From assembly GCA_011109175.1 (NCBI GenBank), contig RDEW01000019.1, forward strand, positions 993,701-1,057,700: DNA of 64,000 bases. Direction: 5' to 3'. Made by a program: the position numbers and the translations under genes. Within the stretch, counting starts at the first letter, position 1. Each line of letters opens with the position of its first letter. The stretch is from Dicyema japonicum (Eukaryota > Animalia > Dicyemida). Of the stretch, positions 25,663 to 38,702 are shown in pieces. The notes under the pieces were generated by a model, which was not told the origin of the DNA, did not search any database, and was given only the letters and a program-made list of their open reading frames with translations.

Positions 25663-27102
25663 TAATTATTTAATTGGAACCCAAAAGCTGTATGAATGCA
25701 TCGCTAGGATGCTGAATGAAATGTACTATTATAGTCACACGCTGACCCTGGGAGAGGGTATCTTGAAACCTGTACAGAAGGCGAATAAACCAAGATCTAA
25801 GGAGGAGAACCTCCGTTTGGTCATATTAATGAATTCACTTAGGAAAATTCTGGCGAACATAACATTACAAAGGATGGAAGGACGCCTAGATACTTTTCTG
25901 TCGCCATACCACAGCGGATTCCGAAAAGGAAGATCTACTTCAGATGTTTTGTGGTCTCACAAATGGAGATCTGCGGCCGTTCAAAAGTTCAAAATGTCTA
26001 CAACCATCCTCGGAATCGACATTTCGAGGGCCTTCGACTCTGTCGACAGACGGAGGCTAATACTGGTTTTGGAAAGTTTCCTAGACGCTTCCACTGTCAG
26101 ACTGGCCACCACCCTCCTAGCTGATACTTGGCTCATTGTAGGAGTCGGGGGAGCCTTGTCTCGCCGATTTGAGACGACTGTTGGCACTCCACAGGGAGAC
26201 CCATTATCACCTATACTTTTTGTCATATACCTTGAAGCTGCTTTACGGGAGTCAAAACCGATAATGGGTGAAAAGACAAACATTATTGCGTATGCTGACG
26301 ACGTAGACTTTATTTCAAATGACAAAATACCGCTCACCCGCTTGATGGAAGAAGTGTCTGGAAGACTAGCCGAATGGTTCCTAACAGTAAATCCGGACAA
26401 GACTGACGTAACTGAACTCAAGAGGGAAGAAACAAGGACGGAGGAGTACTGGCGCAAATGCAAAAAGCTTGGCTCCCTCCTAAGAGACCATGAAGAAATT
26501 ACGAGAAGGAAAACCCTAGCACAAACTGCCCTCTCCAGATTAAAGAACATCTGGCTTCACAAAAAGGGCCTTGACATTATAACAAAAACTCGATTATACA
26601 ACTCGCTAGTGAAACCCATACTACTATATAACGCTGGTACCTGGGCCTGCTCAAGAAATGAACTGAAGAGGCTTAATGCGTTTCATAGAGACCAACTACG
26701 GCATATGATGTTCGAAAGAAGTCATACGAGGATGTCATCTAATCTTCTTTATAAGAGGACCAAGACTTCAGAAATTTCTAATGAGATTCTGGATACACGA
26801 TGGAGGCTTTTCGGTCATATTCTGCGACTGGACCTAGATGCCCCGCGAACGTAGCCATGGAGGATTACTTCATGTTGGAGGCCCCCGTTTCCGTGGTCGC
26901 CCAAGGACGACACTGGCAGTCGTTCTCGACGAGGATCTCAAAGAAATGGGACGGCATCTTGGAAGTGGAGAGGATCTGGACTGGTTGCGCGCTGCGGCTT
27001 TGAATAGGAGGAAGTGGATGAAACTAACCAGTGATTTGCTAACTTGTGTTGCACATGCTTTGTCAAGTCCTATGACATAGCGATAAGTGCTTATAATAAT
27101 AA
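25663..27102 (+). mobile_element. RTE LINE, 5'-truncated, with a nearly intact 381-aa RT ORF (25709-26854)
   Basis: HSGFRKGRSTSD, GIDISRAFDSVDR, GTPQGDPLSPILF, AYADDVDF, LGSLL, RWRLFGHILR; (TAA)n tail; 13-bp TSD TAATAACCCCAAT at 25650-25662 and 27103-27115. Confidence 0.92.
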
Positions 27103-27106
27103 TAAT

Positions 27107-27330
27107 AACCCCAATAAGGGAACTCCAAGAAAAAAGAAAACCAACTAATTAAGTGATCCTGGTACATCTCAAAAGGATCGAGAGGTCTTTCTTGTGTTCC
27201 TCCACAGTATCCACGGCTTTCAATCACCTTTCATTAAGATATGAAAAAAGGTGAGTTGACCTCTATAGGAATCCTATTGATATCGCTCTCGGTATTAGAT
27301 TATTAGACAGCTTTTTCAGACCTTAGTCAT
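27107..27330 (-). mobile_element. Retroelement 3' end whose tail was hit by the RTE
   Basis: CCAGGATCACTTAATTAGTT...GGAGTTCCCTTATTGGGGTTATT tail motif. Confidence 0.5.
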
Positions 27331-27477
27331 TTTGCCTTTACATTAGCGTTTTCAACGCAATCATGAGTAATTCGCAGTTAAAAAACTTTATAATATTTTT
27401 TTATAATTCAAATTAAGAAAATATAAAACTTAACTAAATTTTACCAATTTAGAAAAATTATGAATCCCAATTATTTT

Positions 27478-28344
27478 GGTGTCCGGACATTTGGCCGACA
27501 GATATTAGCCCGATAGACGTTTAGCCGACAGGAAATTCTGGTTTTTAAATTCAGAGATAAAATTCAAGATAAAATCACTTACTTAAAGGTTATGAGAAAG
27601 CGCAGTCAAAAATTCTACTGGAGTGTAATCATCATATTTTTTAATAATACTGTTTATCCTTTTGTTCACATCCTGGTATTTCTTTACTTGTCTTATTGTT
27701 ATTCCGGCCATCACTTGTTCTACTGTATGCTCCCACTCCCACTGTTTTTTTCGTATTTTTGCAACAAGCCGACAAACGGTTGGATGTTTTATAGACACTC
27801 TTTGTGAAAAAGATCTGTGCCATCCTTCAAGTGAATTCATAGTTCTTGGGAGGCCTTCTGCCTGTCTGTCGTGTACATTCCACATTTCCAAACTAAACTT
27901 CTTCTCCTTCCACGTTGCAAGGCTCCGAACCATGTTGTCTCAAAATAGGTCAGAATATCTCCTAACACTTTATCAGTCTCGACATCTATAGTTTCAAGGA
28001 GCGCTCGGAAACTCTCAATGACTTGAGGTAAGGAACAAATGCCAGTGCTTGAATACTTTTGATTAAGTTTGCATTTGCTGGGTCATTATACATGCCTGCA
28101 GTCATAGATTTTTATTTTTCGCCTTAAACACTGCCCAAAGTGAAAGTAGAAAATATTTGTTCATACATTTGTTGAGAATTATCTCGAGCAATAGCGTACA
28201 CTAATGGAACCGTACATGTTTCACATAATGTAACATGTATAGTGTATAACTGAAAACCTAATAGGCCAAATGTCCTAGTACCGTAGGGGTGTGTCGGACA
28301 AATGTCTATCGGCCTAATATCTGTAGGCCAAATGTCCTAGTACC
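27478..28344 (-). mobile_element. Non-autonomous MULE/Mutator-like element
   Basis: ~54-bp imperfect TIRs (27478-27531 / 28291-28344), 8-bp TSD ATTATTTT, transposase remnants QLYTIH...VPLVY, FHFGQCLRRK, WNVHDR...RTMNSLEGWH. Confidence 0.85.
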
Positions 28345-28873
28345 ATTATTTTAACTAAAGCAGTGGAATGCTGTTCATGTATTGATCCAGATGCGATTTT
28401 GATTGATATAATGAGTAATAACGACTCCAATTATTGAAAGGACGATGAGTCTGCATGCAATTCCACTTATCAGATGTTTATACGGTTTTTCTGCGGTTGA
28501 TTGTTCTAGTAAACATCTTTCATCTTAAATTCAGTGGTTTAAATTACCATTGCCAATAATTCAAAAGTCAAATCTTCACATAAAGTTGTAACTTGAAAGA
28601 CAAAATTTCAATAGAAAATATTTTGCTGTAGTTTTGTGTAATTTATCCGCAATGATATTGATTGCCTTTTTTAATCAATATGAAGTTTCGATCTACGTAC
28701 AAACAATTTATATCCTTATTGTTTTTGAATTAAGTACATCAGCCTCAAGTGTCCAAACATGAATTCCGACAGCCACAAGTTTCAAACTTAAAGTAGATTT
28801 CAATTTAAAATAATTTATTTTATACCACTTGCTATATAAAATTATTAATATTATAAACCCAAGAACACCAATA

Positions 28874-28929
28874 TTATTATTACCTCCAGGATCACTGGTC
28901 AAAGAGAATTAAATAAAAAGTTCTCACTA
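28874..28929 (-). mobile_element. 56-bp retro-insertion (tail only)
   Basis: TCTTTGACCAGTGATCCTGGAGGTAATAATAA, nearly identical to the end at 38670-38702; 14-bp TSD CAAGAACACCAATA (28860-28873, 28930-28943). Confidence 0.8.
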
Positions 28930-29004
28930 CAAGAACACCAATAGTTAATTTAATTATTAAATTAACTAAATGAATTGATTTTTCAATTTTATTACTTATA
29001 TATT

Positions 29005-32000
29005 TTTTATTTTTTTTAACAAAAAAATTTTTTAACAATTATAAACAAATGTCAGTTGAGGAAGCCTGCTGCGTGGATTGCGAACGAGTTCCCTCGGAGT
29101 ATGGCTATTCCAATCTTTTGTCTTAGCCATAACCCTTCTCGTTGATCCCTTTTCTTTCTGGCAAACAATCCTCCGAGTTCGCGCAAGAACTCAGCCGTCA
29201 TTGGACCAACGGCTCCTAATGACTCGACCGCAACAGGAGTAAATCGGTAGCGGTCCCCGAGGAAGAATATTCTTAATTTTTAGGTTTTACGCGGTCGAAG
29301 CAGCTGCTCCAGGTGTCTGAACCGATTTGAAAAGATTCGTGCTTGAAAATGTGTCAACACAAGTTGCGTCCCAGACCAAAGATCTTCCGGATGTGTAGAG
29401 TAAAAGGGTCATCCCGTCAGGTCTCTTTCCATCTCCTCGATCGAGACCCACTGGTTCAAGCTGAGATGGGAAAGCTGTAGCCTTCAGAGCTCTGACGATC
29501 ACATCGTTCAGAGCTGCGTGACGTAATTCTCTTCCGGCGCTTTTTCTGCAGGACAGCAGATGCAATCCCTACTATTTTCCCGCATCGGCATCACTGCTCC
29601 TGGCAAACGTCTTGTCCTAGCCTTTGAACGATTCCAATCCTTAATGAATCGTCGTCCAAAAAAGTCCCTAGGTTTGGGCAAAGTATGGCACCAAGCCATG
29701 CTCCACTTTCTCCACTTGAAGCTGACACCAAACAAGCCTGACGATGTTGGTTTGCTTCTTTTTTGAGGTCTTCCAAAATTTTGGAGAAGACAATGTTATC
29801 CCAATTACTTTGTTGTGTCTTCGGGGATTTTGAGTCCGGACCCGTTCCATTTCTAACAAGCTTCGTCAAATGACTCATTCCAGCGAAGTCCAATAGTGTT
29901 ATGAAGGACTTGCCGTGTCAAATGGCTGCAGCTTGAGAGAGACGATAAATATCCGGGTAAGCAACCTCCAGCGCCGATCTTATTCCGACACTCACAAATC
30001 CAGAAAGGAAGCTTACATTCTTTCCAACCAAGTTCGTCAAAGCGGACGTTAATTAGTGACTCAACAGTTTGTTTGAGAGTATTGTCTATCGAAAGTGGAC
30101 TGTCGTATTGTTCCTAGCAGAGTGAACATCGGAGTAGATACACAGCTTGGGTAGTCCGATGTTGTTTCTCATCAAGAAGAAGGATGTGTGAGAGACATGA
30201 CAATCTTTTCGCGAGGCGTGTTAATTCTTCATTTTTAGAAAGCAGATGGTTCTTGAGTTCTTCTTCGTTGAATGGGCATCCGAGGAAATATAATTTGTCA
30301 ACTGGCACAGTCGGGATCCCAGGAAGCAGTTCGTTAAAAGACTTTTTGATAGAAAGTCGGTGTTTGGATATGAGACATTTATTAGCTCTGATTTGTTAAC
30401 ATTGATGTCTAAGCCCAAATGTTTTAAAGCGGGTAACGCTTTACGTAGTGAATTGTACGTTTCCGTGAATGATTCTCCAATTGTGGCATCGTCGAGGTAC
30501 CAGAGATTTAGCTGTGCATTGATTGATCTCACAACTTCATCAATGGTCAAGGCAAATAAGAGAGGTCCAAGCGGATCTTCTTGTTGGACCTGCGTTTTTG
30601 ATTTAATAATTTCATTTTCAAAACCAAAGACATATGTTCCCCATAGGATAATTTGATAAGAGAAGCTTTGGAGCTTTCTTCCAACACGTTTACATAATTT
30701 TATCTCTTCTAAGAGAATTGAATGCATTCTTTATGTCCAACTTGATTCCAATGAATATATTTAAAATATTTCTTTGTGTGAAGAAACGCTTTGCTGCATG
30801 AACCGTAGCCTCATATCCGTTCTGGATACTAACACCCATTTGTTTAGGAAAAAAACTCCTCTCCAAGTTGTCGGCTCTCCAGGGTCGATGCTACCTTTGC
30901 TCCAAGTCTCCTGAAATAATTCCCGACCGCAATGGGGGGATTCCACCATTAGGTTTTTTGAAAGCAGATAGCCTTGCGGAGAAGAGCAATTCTGTGGCAA
31001 ATTCTAAGATGTCGCCGTTAACCATTTTTCTGATTAGGCCCGTAATTGATTTGACAAGGCAGCGTCTTGCTTCCGATGTGTAAGCAAACGTAAGGTCTTT
31101 AATATGTCCAGGACGTAACCCTTCCAAGCCTCCGCCGCTGCTAGCGGCGAAGGAATTTTTTCCGTGGCGCACTTCGGATTCAGTAATAATTATCTCCTTG
31201 GTTCCTTCAGGATTCAAAAACTTTTCATAGTCAGTCGGTGCATCTGGATGCTTTAGTATTAATGTATTTAGGACCTCGGGAGTACAAGACAATACTGTGT
31301 CATCGGATGTGATAACTCGTAAGGCTTTCCGCACGTCGCCCTCCAAAAGTTTCCGGTTTACTCTCTCCTTTAGTTTGTTGGGGGCATCTTTGATGAATGC
31401 TCCTCTGGTTTCGACCTCATTGACATTAAGTGGCTGTTCAAGTATTGCGTGTATGTTATGACAGCTAAAATTCATTATGTTTCGTTTCAGTTTCCCGGAT
31501 AAATTGAGTCGGGAGTTTGTTTCTTTATTATTGTCATCAGATTCCTTTGTAGGTATTCCGAGTGCGACAGGTGCAAAGCATATAAGTTTTAGCCAGGATT
31601 CCTAACTGTCAGAGGATAGTGCATGATCAATGGCATCTGAAAGACACGTTGCTGCGGCAATTCGTACTCCTTTTGGGATTTATACTGGGATCTTCATGGC
31701 TTTCCTAAGGTTCGAGATCTTCAAAAGAGTATGGTCTGTATGTGGCAGTGTAAAGTTTGACTGAGTTATTTTCTCCCGCCTGAGGGCCTCCATTCCAATA
31801 CAAGAGGGGCACAGCCAACTCGACAGCGTCTCGGCGCAAGCTTTACTCATTTTTATGCAGCCCAGATGGGCGAATGATTCACATTGTGTGCAGTTAATCC
31901 CATATTTCCTGATGTTCGATTGTCCACATAAAAAACATACCTGATTTGTCCGTACTGGATTTGTTCCTCGTACTTTGTCTTCTTTTCGTTCTTTATTTTC

Positions 32001-32058
32001 CATGAGATTTTTGTTGATCACACCACACCACTTAATAAACGTGTTTCTTCCTGAAAGT
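29005..32058 (-). mobile_element. Full-length CRE-clade RLE retrotransposon with N-terminal PHD finger (ORF ~32003-29052, frameshifted)
   Basis: PHD C4HC3 (CFLC...CTQC...H..C...WLCPSC); RT (KKPNGGIPP, QQEDPLGPLLF, WYLDDATIG); RLE (HAALNDVI, KRPDGMTL...WDATCVDT, IAILRGN). A-rich tail; 10-bp TSD CTTATATATT at 28995-29004 and 32059-32068. Confidence 0.9.
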
Positions 32059-32559
32059 CTTATATATTAAAAATTTATAATTAATTAACTACGCCTTACG
32101 GATCTCTGGGACCCTCCGTTCTTAGCTGTGCCGTCATTCATCGATTACTTTCACTCGAAGTGATTAGGGGTAAATAAATCAATCAGTTGTTTATTATATA
32201 CTTTCATATGTTTTAAAAGTCTTTTGATGACAAAACTCTAAAGCTAAGAGTGGTCAATTTTTGATGCAAAGTTGAGAATGGAGTAATCTGTAGTCTATGA
32301 AGAGCAGACCTCATTCCTATGTGAATGGTTAAAGTGACAGTTCTAATGATATCTACATCATTATCAACGTGAGGATCCTGAGTTTTGAACAAATAGTAAC
32401 TAGAGAATTGGATAATTTTAGGAAATTAATCTATTTTTAAACGTTGTCAATTAACCAAATGGTGTTTTTGATAACACAATTAAAAAGTAGTCAAAACATA
32501 TTTTTCAATTAAGGTAGCGTCTGGAGTTATGATTGATGAAACAGTAGATCGATGTCCAA

Positions 32560-32960
32560 GGCGAAGAGTAAGGAGCATAAGGGTTGCCCTGTTGTAAAAG
32601 TCTAGGATTCAAGGGTGTGTTGCCCCAAAATCTGTGAGCATGGGGAACCATATGAGAAGTTCCTGAAAAACCTGATTGCATGATGCTATCTCAGCGAATG
32701 CTATTGAAAATAGTCCAGATGTCCAGCTTACGACTATTTTATTCTGAGTGTCTGGTGGATTGGTAATGAAATTTCGATTTGAGTGAATTGACGTTTCACA
32801 TTCTCGAGGAATCATAACTCCGAATTGAGTTGGGCTTAGAATTTTGCAGCCTGTTAGCGATCTTTGGTTGCTTATAGCGATGTGTCTTTGTGAAGGCAAT
32901 TAATTTTTATACAGACATGAGTTATCAAGTATAGTCGTAAATCTTTGCCCGATGAAAGCG
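32560..32960 (-). mobile_element. Second CRE RT fragment
   Basis: PTQFGVMIPRECETSIHS...KLDIWTIFNSIR...QQGNPLCSLLFAL, degenerate. Confidence 0.65.
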
Positions 32961-33598
32961 GTCAATAAAAGTATTTATTTAATGTAAATATTCCTTATTC
33001 GGCAGCAGTAACAGAAGTGAGGTAATTGACGTAAGCCTTATATCTCAGCACTATCGCTTTCTAGGAATAATGAAATGTCAGATCCCATTTATTTAGTACA
33101 CCGGGTTCACCGAAAAAGAAAGACAGAAAAAACCTCAGACAGTTAGGCAAACCTGATTCCTGAAATCAAACGAGCCATCAAGAGTCTTACACTGTGGGGG
33201 TGATATTTAGATATATCGAAGAACTCAACAAAAACTATGTGAATTGTATTAAAAAATTGATATTATAGAGGATTAAACCCCTCATTTATGAAAGAAAATG
33301 ATCATATATAAAGACATCAATCTTCAATTTAGTAACGATGCCCGTAATATAATCTCCTAATTAGCTCACAGAGAAATATACTCTTTACTCCAATACCCAC
33401 TGTTTCGTGGCGGTTGTGCATAATATCATTGTTTATCTTTTCTTATAAGGTTCATTTGCTCACATTTTGATGTAAAATGAAAATAAATATTTCAAATACA
33501 GCGATACGAAACTAAATACTCACGATCCAGCAGAGACCAAATCTTGAATCGATGCTCATTCTTCGAGCAACCAAAACCACATATATAACCGGATGACT

Positions 33599-36264
33599 AT
33601 ATAGATTTGAATTCAAATGGTTATACTAATCGGCACTTATTGTAGTAATAATGTTATAGGTCTAACATTCATCTGGTAGATAAAATTCATAATATAATTG
33701 TATAGGCGTCATACTTGAATCCAGGTTGTTATATTACATTGCCCAATAGTAACCCTTAATATATATTAAAGATTTGAATTCAATGATCGATTATACTAAT
33801 CGGCACTTATTGCAGTAATAATGTTATAGGTCTAACATTCATCTGGTAGATAAAATTCATAATATAATTGTATAGGCGTCATAGTTTGAATCCAGGTGGA
33901 TTGAAGTAAATGCTAAATAGTAACCCTTAATAGATATAGAGATTGAATTCAAATGATTTACTATCGGCACGTATTGCAGTAATAATGTTATAGGTCTAAC
34001 CTTCATCTAGTAGATAAAAATTAATAATATAATTGTATAGGCTCATACTTGATTCCAGGTGGTTGAAGTAAAATGCTAAATAGTAACTCTTAATAGATAA
34101 TAGAGATTGAATTCAATATGATAAATTAACTCATATCGGCACTTATGCAGTAATAATGTTATAGGTCTAACCTTCATCTGGCAGATAAAATTCATAATAT
34201 AATTGTATAGTCTTTTAGTTTTGATTCCGAGTAGTAGATTAATAATGCTAAATAGTAATCACTTATGATAATATAGATTTGAATTCAAATGTTTTCTAAT
34301 CGGCACGTATTTGCATTAATAATGTTATAGGTCTAACCTTCATGTGTTAGATAAAATTCATAATATAATTGTATAGGCCTAGTTCGAATCCAAGTGGATT
34401 AGAATTATATTGCTAAATATAACCTTAATATATATTAAAGATTTGAATTCAAATGGTTATACTAATCGGCACTTATTGCAATAATGTTATAGGTTATGCT
34501 TCATCTGGTAGATAAAATTCATAATATATTGTATAGAACGTCATACTTTGATTCCAGGTTGTTATATTACATTGCTAAATAGTAACCCTTAATATATATT
34601 AAAGATTTGAATTCAATGGTTATACTAATCGGCACTTATTGCAGTAATAATGTTATTAGTAAGCTTCATCTCGCTCAGATAAAATTCATAATATAATTGT
34701 ATAGGCTTCCTAGTTAAATCCAAGTGGTTGTGAAGTAAAATTTAAATAGTATCCCTTAATAGATAAATGAGATTTGAAATCAAATGATTAATACTAATCG
34801 GCACTTATATGCAGTAATAATGTTATATGTCTAAGTTGATCTCGTAGATAAATTAATCAATATAATTGTATAGGCGTCATACTTGATTCCAGGTGGTTGA
34901 AGTAAAATGCTAAATTGTAACCTTAATAGATATTAGAGATTTGAATTCAGAATGGTTAGTTTCTAATCGGCACTTATTGCAGTAATAATGTTATAGGTCT
35001 AACGTTCATCTGGTAGATAAAATTTCATAATATAATTGTATAGGCGTCATACTTTGAATCCAGGTGGTTATATTACATTGCTAAATAGTATCCCTTAATA
35101 GATATTAAAGATTTGAATTCAAATGGTTTACTAATCGGCACTTATTGCAATAATAATGTTATAGGTCTAACCTTCATCTGGTAGATAAAATTCATAATAT
35201 AATTGTATAGGCGTCGTAGTTTGAATCCAGCTGGTTAAGTACATTGCCCAATAGTATCACTTAATATATATTAAAGATTTGAATTCAAATGGTTATACTA
35301 ATCGGCACGTTTGCAGTAATAATGTTATAGGTCTAAGCTTCATCTCGTAGATAAATTCATAATATAATTGTATAGGCGTCCTAGTTTGATTCCAAGTGGT
35401 AGAATTATAATGCTAAATAGTAACCCTTATTAATAGATAATAGAGATTTGAATTCAAATGATTATACTAATCGGCACTTATTGCAATAATAATGTTATAG
35501 GTCTAAGCTTCATCGTAGATAAAATTCATAATATAATTGTATAGGCGTCCTAGTTGATTCCAAGTGGTGAATTATATTGCTAAATAGTATCCCTTAATAT
35601 ATAATAAAGATTTGAATTCAAATGGTAATACTAATCGGCACTTATTGCAATAATAATGTTATAGGTCTAACCTTCATCTGGTAGATAAAATTCATAATAT
35701 AATTGTATAGGCGTCGTAGTATGAATCCAGGTTGTTATATTACATTGCCCAATAGTATCCCTTAATATATATTAAAGATTTGAATTCAAATGGTAATACT
35801 AATCGGCACTTATTGCAATAATAATGTTATTGATCTAACTTCATCTGGTAGATAAAATTCATAATATAATTGTATAGGCGTCGTACTTTGAATCCAGGTT
35901 GTTATATTACATTGCCCAATAGTATCCCTTAATATAGATAATAGAGATTTGAATTCAAATGGTTATACTAATCGGCACTTATTATAATAATAATGTTATA
36001 GGTCTAGCTTCATCTGTTAGATAAAATTCATAATATAATTGTATAGGCGTCGTAGTTTGATTCCATGTGGTTGAATTAATGCTAAATAGTAACCCTTAAT
36101 ATATATTAAAGATTTGAATTCAAATGGTTATACTAATCGGCACTTATTGCAGTAATAATGTTATAGTCTAACGTTCATCTGGTAGATAAAATAATATAAT
36201 TGTATAGGCGTCATACTTTGAATCCAGTGGTAGAAGTAAAATGCTAAATAGTAACCCTTAATAT
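33599..36264. repeat. Tandem satellite, 16 units of ~165-170 bp
   Basis: GATTTGAATTCAAATGG recurs at about 33606, 33773 ... 35611, 35779, 35948 and 36113; whole units are homologous, with no unique spacers. Confidence 0.97.
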
Positions 36265-36699
36265 AAAGTCGAAGACAGAACTCGTTGCAAATGAGCGAAA
36301 TGGTCTCCTGTTGGAATGAAGTAAAAAATCGTTTTGAACTCCGAAATGGAATGGAAGTCACTTGAGTAAGGTTGATCTGAAAACATAACTAGAAGTAAGG
36401 GTGAAAATTCTTAAATAAAGTAGCCACATGGGACCACGAAGAATACTTAATTGGAAGTATAATTATTAACTCCTATATGATTCTTTATCGCATCCTGATG
36501 ACGATTTGTTAAAAAAAACCCATTTGAAATTTCACGTAGCCGTTATAAAACCCAATTTAGTCGATCCGTTTCCGTTGTGAGGTATTCACTGATGGTGGCG
36601 TCACTAGTCTAACTGAGAATTACCGTTAATGCGTGGAACCAGCGATCACAGAATGGTTATTGTCACCTTCAGCCTGGCGAAACATGCTATCAAACATAA

Positions 36700-38292
36700 G
36701 AAACATAATAACATTACAAACAATAATTATGAGAATACAAGAAATGGATACGCGAGGGGAAAACTGATCTCTCATCCAGACAGAGTCAAAAATTATTAAA
36801 AATACATCTGCTCTCATCTGCAGAACCAACAGTAGGAATTTCGTGGGATCACACAAAGTACATAATAATAAAGCGGACGACACATACAGAACTAGTAAAG
36901 GAGTTAGCATAGAAGTTTAAAGAAATCCATACAAAAAAAAACTAAACGAAAAAGACTATAACATAGAAAAGCCCTTCAGGAGCAGAGGGTCCAAATCCGT
37001 AGACTGAACAAGACACTCCACCAAGAAGAACTTCTTCGCAAAATCAATGAAGTATCCAAACTAAAGGATAATTCACAAATATATATGGCCGCTCGTTTAC
37101 TACGCCACATAAACCGGAAGGAACGAATAATCATCAAAGACAAAAATGGCAAGACATTACTGAATACTGAAGAGCAAGCGGAAGTAATTGCAATACATTT
37201 TGAGAAACTTTTTAATGTGACTACAGCAATCCCTCCATTCAAAGGAAAGCCTAGACCTTTAAAAGAACCAATTTCAATTTTGGAAGTAAAAACAGCATGT
37301 CAAAAACTAAAAATAACAGAAGCCCTGGACCAGATACGATAAACTCAGAATTACTGAAATACGGGCCTGACCCCCTTTTTGAAAAAATCGCAACACTACT
37401 AAATGATATTTTTCATACTTGGAGGCCGCTATGAGGGAACTGAGACCAATATAATATCAAAGGAAAAATAGAAGAAGTTATTTATGCTGATGATGTTGAT
37501 TTAATTTCTGAAGACAAAGAACTCCTGAGCATGTACTAGAAAAAGCACCAGACATACTTGAGAAATGGTTTCACCGTGAACAGGGAAAAAAAGAACGGAC
37601 AGAGATAAGACGGATGAACAACTCACTCGAAGAAAAATGGAGGCACATAAAGAAACTTGGCTCTCTACTAGGAAATAGCGAAGACATCATACGGAGAAAA
37701 ACATTGGTAAATGCGGCATTACAAAGGCTGAAAAATCTTTGGCTAAAACGAAAAGGATATAACATAAAACAAAGGATTATGTTATACGACACTTTTTTCA
37801 AACCAATTCTACTATACAACTCTGGTACCTGGGCCAGCTCTAAAGAGGAATTGGAGAGGCTATACACATTTCACAGGAATCATCTAAGAAACATAACTGG
37901 AATGTCCTGCCTATCCAAGATCTCGCGGAATGGACTCTACAATAAGTGTGACTGTATACTAATAAGCCACAAGATCATTAGCTCACGTTGGAGACTTTTT
38001 GGACACGTCCTGAGGTTGGACCCGATATCCCCTCCGAATATCGCAATTGAAGATTACTACTCCTCCAATGTAAAACGCTTTCGTGGAAGACCGAGAACTA
38101 CCCTCCCGGTAGTTCTACAAAAGGATCTGAAAGCCGTAAAAAAACATTGGCATTTGGTGACGATCTGGACTCACTGAGGGACCTAGCAAAGAACAGAAGA
38201 GCTTGGAGCTACCTAACTAATTTTCTATATTTTTTGCTGCACATGCAGGGCTATAAATAATATGGCTCTAGTGAAAGTGCTAATAATAATAA
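36700..38292 (+). mobile_element. RTE LINE with an internal deletion of RT domains 1-3
   Basis: IKDKNGKTLL...NNRSPGPD.INSELLKYG...LLNDIF joins directly to YLEAAMRELRP (~37412); YADDVDL, SRWRLFGHVLR; AAGTGC(TAA)n end. Confidence 0.85.
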
Positions 38293-38570
38293 CCAACATA
38301 TACATTTTTATCACAAACATCTTCAAAATGGCAGAAAATAAAAATATTTAGATAATAAACTTATGAAAAATATTGGAATTTAATGACCTAATTGACAATG
38401 TGTTATTTCTCAATCAAAAACTGTCAATCATAATAATATTCAATCACTTTCAATTTATATATTAACATACAACATTTTCGGTTATTAAATCTACAATGGG
38501 GTGAAGTCGTCAAGTCGACCTCTTCTCTATTAATTATTTATTTTTGATCAAAATTGGTAAAGTACTTCAT

Positions 38571-38702
38571 GAATGAGAAGAGCTGTTCGGGATTCTCGAC
38601 TTCGCCGGACTCGTCCTCACCTTTGTCGGTCTGGGATCACTTAGTCAGATAAGAACTTTTATTTCTTTCTCTTTGACCCAGTGATCCTGGTGGTAATAAT
38701 AA
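38571..38702 (+). mobile_element. 132-bp 5'-truncated retro-insertion with terminal stem-loop
   Basis: GGATCACT (38634-38641) / AGTGATCC (38680-38687), (TAA)n tail, 13-bp TSD TAAAGTACTTCAT (38558-38570, 38703-38715). Confidence 0.85.

Noticed and set aside
33599-36264. CRISPR array, spliced-leader RNA array, or micro-intron-split repeat protein
   Set aside because: No unique spacers or cas genes and the context is eukaryotic; no clear Sm site or SL donor; every GT-AG parsing I tried left stops in all frames. The CRE elements are near the array but not inserted in it.
36490-36540. CTGATGA as a hammerhead ribozyme core
   Set aside because: No stem II followed by GAAA in the proper geometry; other CTGATGA hits are inside coding or SINE sequence.
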